A stretch of 64,000 nt of DNA from Thermoanaerobaculia bacterium. Lineage in GTDB: Bacteria; Acidobacteriota; Thermoanaerobaculia; Gp7-AA8. Below, piece after piece: positions 1-7,582 of the stretch. Every line of letters starts with the position of its first letter. The stretch's first letter is position 1. The notes under the pieces were generated by a model. It searched no databases. It had not been told where the DNA came from and was given only the letters and a program-made list of their open reading frames with translations. The stretch lies in the NCBI GenBank assembly GCA_035576005.1, contig DATLXH010000010.1, positions 1,673 through 65,672 of the forward strand, in the 5' to 3' direction. Position numbers and translations under genes: made by a program.

Positions 1-978
1 GCCGTAGATCACCGAGCCGTCCGGCGCGAAGCGGGCGCTCATGATGAAGCCGCGCCGGAACGTCATGCGACGGTACAGCGGCATCTGGAAGGCGACTTCG
101 GCTTTTTTCGGCGCGGCCTTTCTCTTTGTGACCGCCGAAGGATGAGAGTCGTTACTGAGACCGTCGAGAGCGAACGCGAAATCCTTTGCTGTCTGAAAGC
201 GGTTCGCCGGATTCTTCTCGAGCGCGTGCGCGAGAATCCGCGCGATCCCGGGCGCGAGATCGGCTGGCAGCGCGGGCGGATCATCATGGAGTACCGCATT
301 CATCGTTTCCACTGACGAGGCGCGGCGGAAGGGAGGCGATCCCGTAGCCATTTCGTGAAGGATCACGCCGAGCGAGAAGATGTCAGAACGATGATCGACG
401 CTGTCGGCGCGCACCTGCTCGGGCGACATGTAGCCAGCAGTTCCCATGACTGTGCCGGGACTGGTTCCTCTCTGCCTCGTGTCATCGTCATTCGCCGACT
501 CCGGCTCGAGGAGTTTCACCAGCCCGAAGTCCAGGAGCTTGACCCGGTCATCGCTGAGGACGAACACATTCTCGGGCTTCAAATCGCGATGGACGATTCC
601 CTTCTCATGCGCCGCGATGAGGCCCTGAGCCATCTGAAGTGCGTAATCGACGGCGCGCTTCACAGGCACCTTGGCACCCATACGATCGCGTAATGGCACC
701 CCGACGAGCAGCTCGGTCACGATATACGGCGCGCCGTCGTGCGTTCCGACGTCGAATACGACGGTGATGTTCGGATGATTGAGCATTCCCGCCGCCATCG
801 CCTCCTGCTCAAAACGGCGGATCCTGTCTGGATCTGCTGCAAATGCCAGCGGAAGGATCTTGATCGCGACATCGCGTTTGATCCGCGTATCGTGAGCGCG
901 ATAGACCTCGCCCATCCCTCCAGCCCCGAGAGAAGCAATGACCTCGTAATGTGCTACGCGCGAACCGATTGAAATCAT
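1..978 (-). CDS. Ser/Thr protein kinase, N-terminal catalytic domain; partial, continues past window start
   Basis: Absent from the ORF track because no stop lies in the window. The reverse complement from ATG at 976-978 reads MISIGSRVAHYEVIASLGAGGMGEVYRAHD..VAIKIL..HRDLKPENV..DFGL..GTAGYMSPE (Hanks GxGxxG, VAIK, HRDLKPxN, DFG motifs). The frame stays open to position 1. Confidence 0.9.
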   Translation of the reverse strand, partial: MISIGSRVAHYEVIASLGAGGMGEVYRAHDTRIKRDVAIKILPLAFAADPDRIRRFEQEAMAAGMLNHPNITVVFDVGTHDGAPYIVTELLVGVPLRDRMGAKVPVKRAVDYALQMAQGLIAAHEKGIVHRDLKPENVFVLSDDRVKLLDFGLVKLLEPESANDDDTRQRGTSPGTVMGTAGYMSPEQVRADSVDHRSDIFSLGVILHEMATGSPPFRRASSVETMNAVLHDDPPALPADLAPGIARILAHALEKNPANRFQTAKDFAFALDGLSNDSHPSAVTKRKAAPKKAEVAFQMPLYRRMTFRRGFIMSARFAPDGSVIYG

Positions 979-1059
979 AAAAGGAGTAAGCCCTCAACCG
1001 CAGCCTACAGTACCCATCGTCAACCGTGCGTCTATCTCACGCGGAGCGGGGGGACTTAC

Positions 1060-1112
1060 TCCCTTCTCCCCGCGGGAGAAGGTGGCGCGTGAGCGCCGGA
1101 TGAGGGTCCCTC
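1060..1112. repeat. REP-like palindromic unit (CCTTCTCCC-CGC-GGGAGAAGG hairpin + GGCGC-GTGA-GCGCC + GGATGAGGGTCCCT tail)
   Basis: Read directly from the sequence. Near-identical units occur at 2504-2552 and 61524-61564. Confidence 0.7.
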
Positions 1113-1148
1113 TCCAGCACCACGATGATCAACGAATCGCCGTACCTC

Positions 1149-1730
1149 TCACTCATCCTTCGCACCAAGCCATCGTTTCCTCTCCGGAGCTGGAAACTTC
1201 TCGATCGCATAGCGAAGTGCAGTCCGCGGCATCGTGGCAGCGTGCTCAGCCAGAAATGCAATGAGCGCCGCCTTGTCTTCCTTCCCCGCCTCGCGAAGCA
1301 TCCAGCCCACGGCCTTGTGAATCAGGTCATGTTCGTCCTCGATCAGCATTGCTGCAATCTGCATCGTGGTGGCGACCTCACCTGAGCGGATCAGTCTTTG
1401 TGTGGCGACCATCGCGATCCTTCGCTCCCACAGCTTCTTCGAGCGAGCGAGGCGCCTGAGAATCGTACGGTCCCGGTCGAGCAGATGAGCGCCGACAATC
1501 TGCGGGGCTGATGTGTCGACGAGATCCCAGTTGTTGATTCGATCCGTATTGGCAAGGTAGGTTTCAAAGATCCGCTTCCGAATCGCGGCGTCCCCTTTCT
1601 CGTGGAGTTTCACGAGCGCGATCAAACCGGCGAGACGTTCCTCGTGAAACTTCGATCTTAGAAGTTGAAGAGCTCCGGCGAAGGTCGGCTTTGTCGCGCG
1701 TACGAACTCCCGGACCTGCGGCACAGTCAT
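1149..1730 (-). CDS. DNA alkylation repair protein (AlkD-like HEAT-repeat family); N-terminus displaced by an apparent frameshift
   Basis: 193-aa ORF with NNWDLVD and HDLIHKAVGWMLRE motifs typical of the DNA_alkylation family. A further 25 family-like N-terminal residues (MMTIDDKGLRALADPERAAFLQQFF) lie in another frame at 1775-1849. Confidence 0.8.
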   Translation of the reverse strand: MTVPQVREFVRATKPTFAGALQLLRSKFHEERLAGLIALVKLHEKGDAAIRKRIFETYLANTDRINNWDLVDTSAPQIVGAHLLDRDRTILRRLARSKKLWERRIAMVATQRLIRSGEVATTMQIAAMLIEDEHDLIHKAVGWMLREAGKEDKAALIAFLAEHAATMPRTALRYAIEKFPAPERKRWLGAKDE

Positions 1731-1924
1731 GCCCAGAAACCGATCACCTTCACCATACCCACCCTTCCCGGTACGAAGAACTGCTGAAGGAATGCGGCGC
1801 GCTCGGGATCGGCGAGCGCCCGGAGACCCTTGTCATCAATCGTCATCATCCGACCTCATCGCTCATGTCTCGCCGCGACACGGTATCTCTCAATACCTCG
1901 ACAACACGGCCTGAAGGGCCGAAT

Positions 1925-1959
1925 CCCTCTCCCGCGGGAGAGGCGCGCCGCTTCGCGGC
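1925..1959. repeat. Short REP unit: CCCTCTCCCGCGGGAGAGG hairpin + GCCGC-TTC-GCGGC hairpin
   Basis: Same two modules (inverted) that open the ~190-bp mosaic repeats at 7364 and 29354. Confidence 0.65.
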
Positions 1960-2228
1960 TAGCGCTTGCGGTAAATCTCTTTTCGGTCGGCGATTCTCAT
2001 GACGTGGACGATCAATATGTCATCCTCGATTTCGTAGAGGATGCGGTAGTTTCCCTGCCTGACGCGATACTTGTCTCGCGTACCGGCGAGTTTCTCCGCG
2101 CCTGATGGTCGCGGGTCTTCGCCGAGGGCCTTGATGTGCGCTACCAGACGCTGACGGTCCTTTTTGCCAGGGATGTTCTCGAGTTCGCGGACGGCGGATT
2201 TCTTGATGACGATTTTATAGTTTGCCAC
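1959..2228 (-). CDS. Type II toxin, RelE/ParE family
   Basis: 89 aa; MANYKIVIKKSAVRELENIP..YRVRQGNYRILYEIEDDILIVHVMRIADRKEIY matches the RelE/ParE pattern. It overlaps the upstream antitoxin gene by 14 nt. Confidence 0.85.
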   Translation of the reverse strand: MANYKIVIKKSAVRELENIPGKKDRQRLVAHIKALGEDPRPSGAEKLAGTRDKYRVRQGNYRILYEIEDDILIVHVMRIADRKEIYRKR

Positions 2229-2445
2229 TGCGTCTCATGGCTCGAACAACGTCCTCGAAGTCGAGGCTCGGTTCGCGACGACGTTTGTCGAACACCTCGA
2301 GATCTTCCGCATCCTCGGCCAGGGTCTGCCGTACGGCATCGTTCACGACGTTGGAGATGGAGACGTCCAGGGTCGCGGCCTTCAATCGGAGGGCGCGATG
2401 GATGTCGGGATCGAAGTAGATGGTGGAGCGCTTGGGGGAGGGCAT
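2215..2445 (-). CDS. Type II antitoxin, ribbon-helix-helix (CopG-like)
   Basis: 76 aa; the N-terminal RSTIYFDPDIHRALRLKAATLDVSISNVVNDAV is an RHH-like strand-helix-helix. It lies upstream of and overlaps the RelE/ParE gene. Confidence 0.8.
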   Translation of the reverse strand: MPSPKRSTIYFDPDIHRALRLKAATLDVSISNVVNDAVRQTLAEDAEDLEVFDKRRREPSLDFEDVVRAMRRSGKL

Positions 2446-2455
2446 CGGAGGCAGG

Positions 2456-2473
2456 ATAACGTTTTGACGTTAT
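2456..2473 (-). promoter_or_regulatory. Perfect palindrome ATAACGT-TTTG-ACGTTAT, candidate antitoxin operator
   Basis: 7-bp inverted repeat located 11-28 nt upstream of the antitoxin ATG. RHH antitoxins usually autoregulate through such sites. Confidence 0.35.
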
Positions 2474-2503
2474 GCTGTCATTCGATGCTGTGAGCGTGGT
2501 GCC

Positions 2504-2552
2504 CCCTTCTCCCCGCGGGAGAAGGTGCCCGAGAGGGCGGATGAGGGTCCCT
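2504..2552. repeat. REP-like unit, same family as 1060-1112
   Basis: CCCTTCTCCCCGCGGGAGAAGGTGCCCGAGAGGGCGGATGAGGGTCCCT. Confidence 0.7.
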
Positions 2553-2662
2553 GTTGCTATCGAGGCATCGTTGATGGGAAGACGAATTGCGGTGTAGAGG
2601 AAGGCGGCGTCACGGCAGGTTCGGACGCTTGCGGCGTTCGCTGTTTCGCCGACAGGTTCTTG

Positions 2663-2710
2663 CGCCCTCACCCGGCGCCGGCGCGCCACCCTGTCCCTCG
2701 GGTGGGGAGG
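2663..2710. repeat. REP-like unit (GCCCTCACCCGGCGCCGGCGCGCCACCCTGTCCC...), same family as the left arm at 61432-61478
   Basis: Direct comparison with 61432-61478 (GACCCTCACCCGGCGCTGGCGCGCCACCCTCTCCC). Confidence 0.6.
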
Positions 2711-2746
2711 TTCTTTTGGCGCCTTCGGCGCCCGACGTAGTGCGGG

Positions 2747-5074
2747 TTAGATTCGGAACTCGATGATCTGCATCGAGTGGTCAGCGAGACCTTGCGTTCT
2801 TTCGTCGTGCGAGTAGTCGCATCTCACTACTCGCTCTGCGAGAACGGGTGATGCGAAGGCGTGGTCGATTCGGAAGCCATTGCCGCGACGGTTGATCCAG
2901 CTCCACTCGCGAGCGTCAGAGTGGGAGCTGCGCCAGAGGTCGATCCAGCCGATCTCGCTCAGCTTTGTGAAACGGTCGGCGCAGATTAAGGTCGCTCCTT
3001 TTTCGTCTGCGAAGTGCCCACCCGTTTGGAAGTCGCCTGCGATCATCAGCGGCTCCATCATCGATCGCGCTGCGAGCTGCAGCATGGCATCCCACGGACG
3101 CGTCTTGAGCTCACCTTGAGGGAAGGACACACCCAACAGCGTGATGCTGAAGATTCGGACGGCGGCGAAGCCGTCAATCTGTTCTCCTAACAGTTCCGTG
3201 ACGTCGATCGACTCGTGCGATTCGCGCGAGGCGATCAGCACGGGGAGAGGCCCGACACTTCGGGTCAGATGAATGAACCCGGCATTATGAAGTGCGCTGT
3301 CGAGCTCTTCGCTCTCAGGCGCATTGCTCAGTACGCAGACGTCTGCGTGTTTCCTGACGAGCGTTGCAACGAGCTGGGACGCGCTGCCAGACTGACCGAT
3401 GTCCCATGAGACGATGGTTGCCGTTTCCCCGGGTGGCAGAAGGTCAGGCTGTGCTTCCTTTCCGTATGACGCGTAGAAGTTAGCTACCTCTGCACTGGCC
3501 TTGACGTCGTATGTCCTCAGAGGCCTTGCCAGTGAGAGATCTGACATGCGACGGCAGCGGCTCAGCGCGACGTAGGCCTGTCCTTCGGCGAACGCTCCCG
3601 AACCGAAGTCGACGTGCACGCGCGACAGAGTCAGGCCCTGCGCCTTGTGGATGGTCACGGCCCAGGCCGGCATGAGTGGGAACTGCTGATAGGACCCGAT
3701 CACCTCCTGGACGATCCGGTCCTCCTTGCGGTCGTATTCGTAGCGGATGTTTTCCCACTTTTCCGGTTCCACGTCGTACCCAGAACCGTTCTCGAGCTCG
3801 ACGTGGATGGTGGTCTTCGTGACACGAGTGACGATTCCCATCGAGCCGTTGACCCAGCGCCGTTCGGGATCGTTCTTCGTGAACATGACCTGCGTCTGCG
3901 GCTTGAGTGTGAGCTCAGGAGGCGCTGGCAGGCGGTCCGCCTGCTCGCGAAAAATGCCCTCCGTGACCGCGCTGTAAGTGGTCGCGCGGCCGGGCAACTC
4001 CTCGATCCTTTTCATGTTCTCGCGGTCGGCCGCATCGTTCCTCGGGACGAGTACAAGGTGAGGACCTGTGGGGGAGCGGCCGGCGCAGTGACGATTGAGC
4101 TCTGCGCACGTCGTGGCGATGTCGCGGCCAACTCGAAGATTGCCGAGCAGGGAAATGAAAGTCTGGTCGGCCTGACGATAGACGTGACTCAGTTCGAGCC
4201 TCGTCATCGCCACTCCACGCAGACAGTTTGCGCCGAAGAATTGGAGCGAGTCGTATCGGTTGCGCAGAGAGAGGGCATCGTCGCCGCGGGGCGGTACAGG
4301 AGGTAATTGGAACAGGTCGCCAACGAGCAGGACCTGAGCTCCTCCGAAGGGACGCGTGGAGTTACGGTTGATTCGAAGCGCAGTCTCGACGGCGTCGAGA
4401 AGGTCGGCGCGGACCATCGAGACTTCGTCGACGACCAGGATGTCGATCTTCTCGAAGAGCTCCGGGTCGTCATGCTTCGTGAGCTCGGCAGGATCGATGA
4501 CTTTCGGGGGAAAACGAAAGAAGGAGTGAATGGTCTGCCCGCCGGCGTTGAGGGCGGCGATGCCGGTGGGGGCGAGGACGACGATGTTCTTTTTCGGTAA
4601 TTCGTTGCGCAACATCTGGATGAAGGTCGACTTGCCGGTACCTGCGCGTCCTGTGACGAAGAGGAGCTCCTTACCGCCTGCGATGGCGTCGAGCGCTTCG
4701 CGGAAGGGAGGACTGATCTCGTAGCGTTCGGCAGGCGGGAGTTGTGCGCGACGGGAAGGCTTCCTGGTGGCGCGTTCGTGGCGCCCCCAGCGAGTCGGTT
4801 TTGACTTGATTGGTCTCTTGCTGGGGACCGTTAGGGTTGTGTCGGGAGGGAGCTCTTCGAGGTCGCTCGAATCGGGGGCGGGCTGCCCGAGGATTCTCGC
4901 GCACTTGCGTGCGATCTTGTCCCACTCCTTCCAGTGCTCGGCGCGGGCGGCCCCGCTGCTGGTGAGCGTGGAATGCATGCGGGCGAGGTGGGCGACGCGG
5001 GTGCGATGGAGGCGAGCTGCCTCGAGCTTTTGTAATGCGGTTTCGACCCACGCTACCAGTTCGGGGAAGGTCAT
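2747..5074 (-). CDS. PIF1/RecD-like SF1B helicase fused to a C-terminal endonuclease/exonuclease/phosphatase (EEP)-like domain
   Basis: 775 aa. Helicase motifs: Walker A GRAGTGKST, Walker B LVVDEVSMV, GDLFQLPPV, TIHKAQGLT, YVALSRC. The C-terminal ~215 aa carries EEP-like motifs IVSWDI, DVCVLSN, IAGDFQ, RIDHAF, ADHSMQ. Confidence 0.85.
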   Translation of the reverse strand: MTFPELVAWVETALQKLEAARLHRTRVAHLARMHSTLTSSGAARAEHWKEWDKIARKCARILGQPAPDSSDLEELPPDTTLTVPSKRPIKSKPTRWGRHERATRKPSRRAQLPPAERYEISPPFREALDAIAGGKELLFVTGRAGTGKSTFIQMLRNELPKKNIVVLAPTGIAALNAGGQTIHSFFRFPPKVIDPAELTKHDDPELFEKIDILVVDEVSMVRADLLDAVETALRINRNSTRPFGGAQVLLVGDLFQLPPVPPRGDDALSLRNRYDSLQFFGANCLRGVAMTRLELSHVYRQADQTFISLLGNLRVGRDIATTCAELNRHCAGRSPTGPHLVLVPRNDAADRENMKRIEELPGRATTYSAVTEGIFREQADRLPAPPELTLKPQTQVMFTKNDPERRWVNGSMGIVTRVTKTTIHVELENGSGYDVEPEKWENIRYEYDRKEDRIVQEVIGSYQQFPLMPAWAVTIHKAQGLTLSRVHVDFGSGAFAEGQAYVALSRCRRMSDLSLARPLRTYDVKASAEVANFYASYGKEAQPDLLPPGETATIVSWDIGQSGSASQLVATLVRKHADVCVLSNAPESEELDSALHNAGFIHLTRSVGPLPVLIASRESHESIDVTELLGEQIDGFAAVRIFSITLLGVSFPQGELKTRPWDAMLQLAARSMMEPLMIAGDFQTGGHFADEKGATLICADRFTKLSEIGWIDLWRSSHSDAREWSWINRRGNGFRIDHAFASPVLAERVVRCDYSHDERTQGLADHSMQIIEFRI

Positions 5075-5259
5075 CGAGATCCTGGCCGTGGAGTGAGGTA
5101 CGCGTTGCGGCTGGTTTGCGTCGTGTCAGAGAGGAGAATCAATATCAGGATAGTAACGCCCGATGCGACGATCTTTCTGAATCGACATTACGAGCTCCTT
5201 TGAACGCACGCGTCGGCGAGAGGAGGAATTGAGCTTTTCACTGTAATTGTGACTTTCCT

Positions 5260-6639
5260 TCAATGCGCCGGCATGCGGAGCTTCAGGATTCCCGTGATGA
5301 TCGCGAGGGTTATGAGCAGGGCCGTCATGGCAGCGATGTCGGGCGCACTCTCGTAGATGACGCGCCACGAGAGCTTCAGCCAAAGTGGCAGCAGAGCGAC
5401 AACGGCGAGCGGGAGCACGAGATCGAACGCGACAATTCTTCTTCTCGATGTTTTTCTTCCTCGACCGCGGGCCGCTTTCACGAGCGAACGGATCTGGAGA
5501 ATGAGAAGGAGTACCGCGGCGATCGCGATTGCGATGTAGGTATGCTTGAGCGGGCGAGCCGTTGCGATCGGCTCTTTGTCATAGAAGGTTGCGATGATGC
5601 CGCTCGCAATCTCGCGTGTGTGATCGGCGAACATCGAGGAACCGTTGGTAAGGAGCACGACTCCAATCTTGTGCTCGGGGATGAGGACGACTGCGCCGCG
5701 ATACGAAGGAAGTGCGCCGCCGTGCCAGAGAGATTGGACGCCTGCCGTTTCTCCGGCGCGCCAGCCCATCGCGTACTTGAAGTAGCTGCCCGCAGGCGCG
5801 ACGCCGGTGTGCGCGATCTTCATCGACTCAGCAGAAAGAATGGGGGATCCGTCTCCCAGGTGTGCGGAGGCGAAGCGACCGAGGTCTCGTGCGGTCGTGA
5901 TGATGGACGCGGTCGGCAGACGATCGGGCTCGTGCCGGTACGTTGAGGGGAGTGCGATTCCGAACCAGAGGCTGTGGCCGGGCGCGAGTCCGGCACGCTG
6001 AGCCGAAGGAAGATCGGTGAAGGTTCGCGTCATCTGAAGTGGAGTGAAGATACGGCGCTGCATGTAGTCGGCGAAGCTCATGCCGCTGACGCGTTCGACG
6101 ATCAGGCCGAGAAGCTGGTAGTTGGGACTCGAGTAGACGTGCGGCCCGCCGGGAGAGGAGACGAGCTCGGTATCGCGGAGGGCGATGACATGTTCGAGCA
6201 GAGTGACCGGGGCCGGGGAGTTCTGCGCGCGCGGAGCATTGCCGGGAATCCCGCTCGATTGATTGAGGAGATGTCGCACTGTGATTTTCGCGGCGGCCGC
6301 GCGATCGGCGAGCTGGAACTCCGGGATGAGTTGTTGCACTCGAGAGTCGAGGTCGATTTTTCGTTCGTCGACCAGCTGCATCACGGCAGTTGCAGTGAAG
6401 GCTTTACTGAGGGACCCGATGACGAGAGGCGTGTCGATGGTCATCGGCTGGTCGCCACGCGCGCGACCGAAGCCTTTCGCGTAGATGACCGAGTTGTCGC
6501 GGACGATGACTAGTGAGGCACCGGGAATGAGGTGAGCGCGGAGTCTGGCTGGGACGTACTCGTCGATACGGGTGAAACCCTCGTACTCCTCCCGGGATGC
6601 GAAGAGCACGGTGAGCAGGATCGCCATTGCTGCCTTCAT
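5260..6639 (-). CDS. Serine hydrolase / beta-lactamase-family protein with C-terminal transmembrane helices
   Basis: SxxK motif (GSLSKAF) and the general class C/PBP4*-like pattern. The likely start is the internal MKAAMAILLTVLFAS signal peptide (ATG 6637-6639), not the 6840 ORF start. The hydrophobic C-terminal ~90 aa looks like TM helices. Confidence 0.85.
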   Translation of the reverse strand: MKAAMAILLTVLFASREEYEGFTRIDEYVPARLRAHLIPGASLVIVRDNSVIYAKGFGRARGDQPMTIDTPLVIGSLSKAFTATAVMQLVDERKIDLDSRVQQLIPEFQLADRAAAAKITVRHLLNQSSGIPGNAPRAQNSPAPVTLLEHVIALRDTELVSSPGGPHVYSSPNYQLLGLIVERVSGMSFADYMQRRIFTPLQMTRTFTDLPSAQRAGLAPGHSLWFGIALPSTYRHEPDRLPTASIITTARDLGRFASAHLGDGSPILSAESMKIAHTGVAPAGSYFKYAMGWRAGETAGVQSLWHGGALPSYRGAVVLIPEHKIGVVLLTNGSSMFADHTREIASGIIATFYDKEPIATARPLKHTYIAIAIAAVLLLILQIRSLVKAARGRGRKTSRRRIVAFDLVLPLAVVALLPLWLKLSWRVIYESAPDIAAMTALLITLAIITGILKLRMPAH

Positions 6640-6866
6640 CACGGAACAGGGTACGATAACTGCTCTGTCGCGACGAAAGGCCTCGCAGCGGCTTCCACAA
6701 AGTATTGCTCCTGCATTCTTGTCGAGGACAAATTCGGCGGTATCTGAATCAACCGGAGTAGAAGCTTGCGAGGTCCCTCGCACTCCCGCCCACACCCCCA
6801 AGCTTCTTCCGGAGTCTGCCGTGGACTGTTTTTCCGCCACACAAAGGCAGGCGGTCGCCTGTGCTA

Positions 6867-7217
6867 CTACTGTTGCAGCGTGGTCTCACCGGACTCGACG
6901 CTGCGCGTCTCTTCAGGAGTTGCCGTCTCTACCTTGAAGGAACCGTGCTTTGGATCGACCGCGGTGTTGAGACGGTCAGTCCACGCGGCGATGGTTCCTG
7001 GAGACGGAACGCGGATGAGCCACACGCACGGTTCGATCTCCCGGTGCGGGAGCTCGTTGCGCTCGATTGCTCCCTGACCGTACTCGATGTCGGTGCCTGC
7101 GAGTGCGGTGTATCGAGCCTTGAGCAGAATGGTCTCGGCGGGTTTGTCGGTAGCGTTCATTGTCGACGTATAGCAGAGAAACAGAGACGTCAGTACCACC
7201 AGAATGTCGTGAGCCAT
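6867..7217 (-). CDS. Hypothetical small secreted protein
   Basis: 116-aa ORF with a hydrophobic N-terminus (ILVVLTSLFLCY) and protein-like composition. No recognisable domain. Confidence 0.45.
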   Translation of the reverse strand: MAHDILVVLTSLFLCYTSTMNATDKPAETILLKARYTALAGTDIEYGQGAIERNELPHREIEPCVWLIRVPSPGTIAAWTDRLNTAVDPKHGSFKVETATPEETRSVESGETTLQQ

Positions 7218-7363
7218 GTCGTGTTGGTGCGCGGGTAGAGAACGATCTACGCGGCAGCTCGCCGGTGTGGGGGATGATCATTCTAGCGGAGACGTTTGAC
7301 GCCGCGCAACTCGGTAAGCGCGTTCTAATCGTGCGGATGCTCACCGAACACATCAGAATGAAT

Positions 7364-7554
7364 GAGCCGCGAAGCGGCGTATCCCTCTCCCCTGCGGGGA
7401 GAGGGAAGCAAGCGAAGCGAAGCAGGGGGAGGGGCGTGAAAGTTCGCGATTCCGTAGAAACCGGCGCGTTTTCGTATCTCTCGCGGCCCCTCTCCCGGTC
7501 GCTGACGCGACCACCCTCTCCCCGGCGGGGAGAGGGTTTTGCCCCCTGGGGGGC
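7364..7554 (+). repeat. Mosaic palindromic repeat, copy A (GCCGCGAAGCGGC + module 1 + spacer + module 2)
   Basis: Aligns almost base for base with 29354-29545 and, inverted, with 54220-54422. Contains two CCCTCTCCCC-N4-GGGGAGAGGG hairpins. Confidence 0.85.
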
Positions 7555-7582
7555 CGGGAAGCGCCCTTTTGAATTCGACCGC

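Noticed and set aside
5260-6840. Long N-terminal extensions in ORF-track entries (5260-6840, 10140-12245, 12511-15360, 20538-21407, 21564-23672, 32517-33974, 35475-38375, 50749-51705, 56774-57511 and others)
   Set aside because: In each case an internal Met is followed by a signal peptide, lipobox or domain start. That Met is often preceded by a Shine-Dalgarno or overlaps the upstream stop (ATGA). The extensions are Arg-rich and overlap neighbouring genes.
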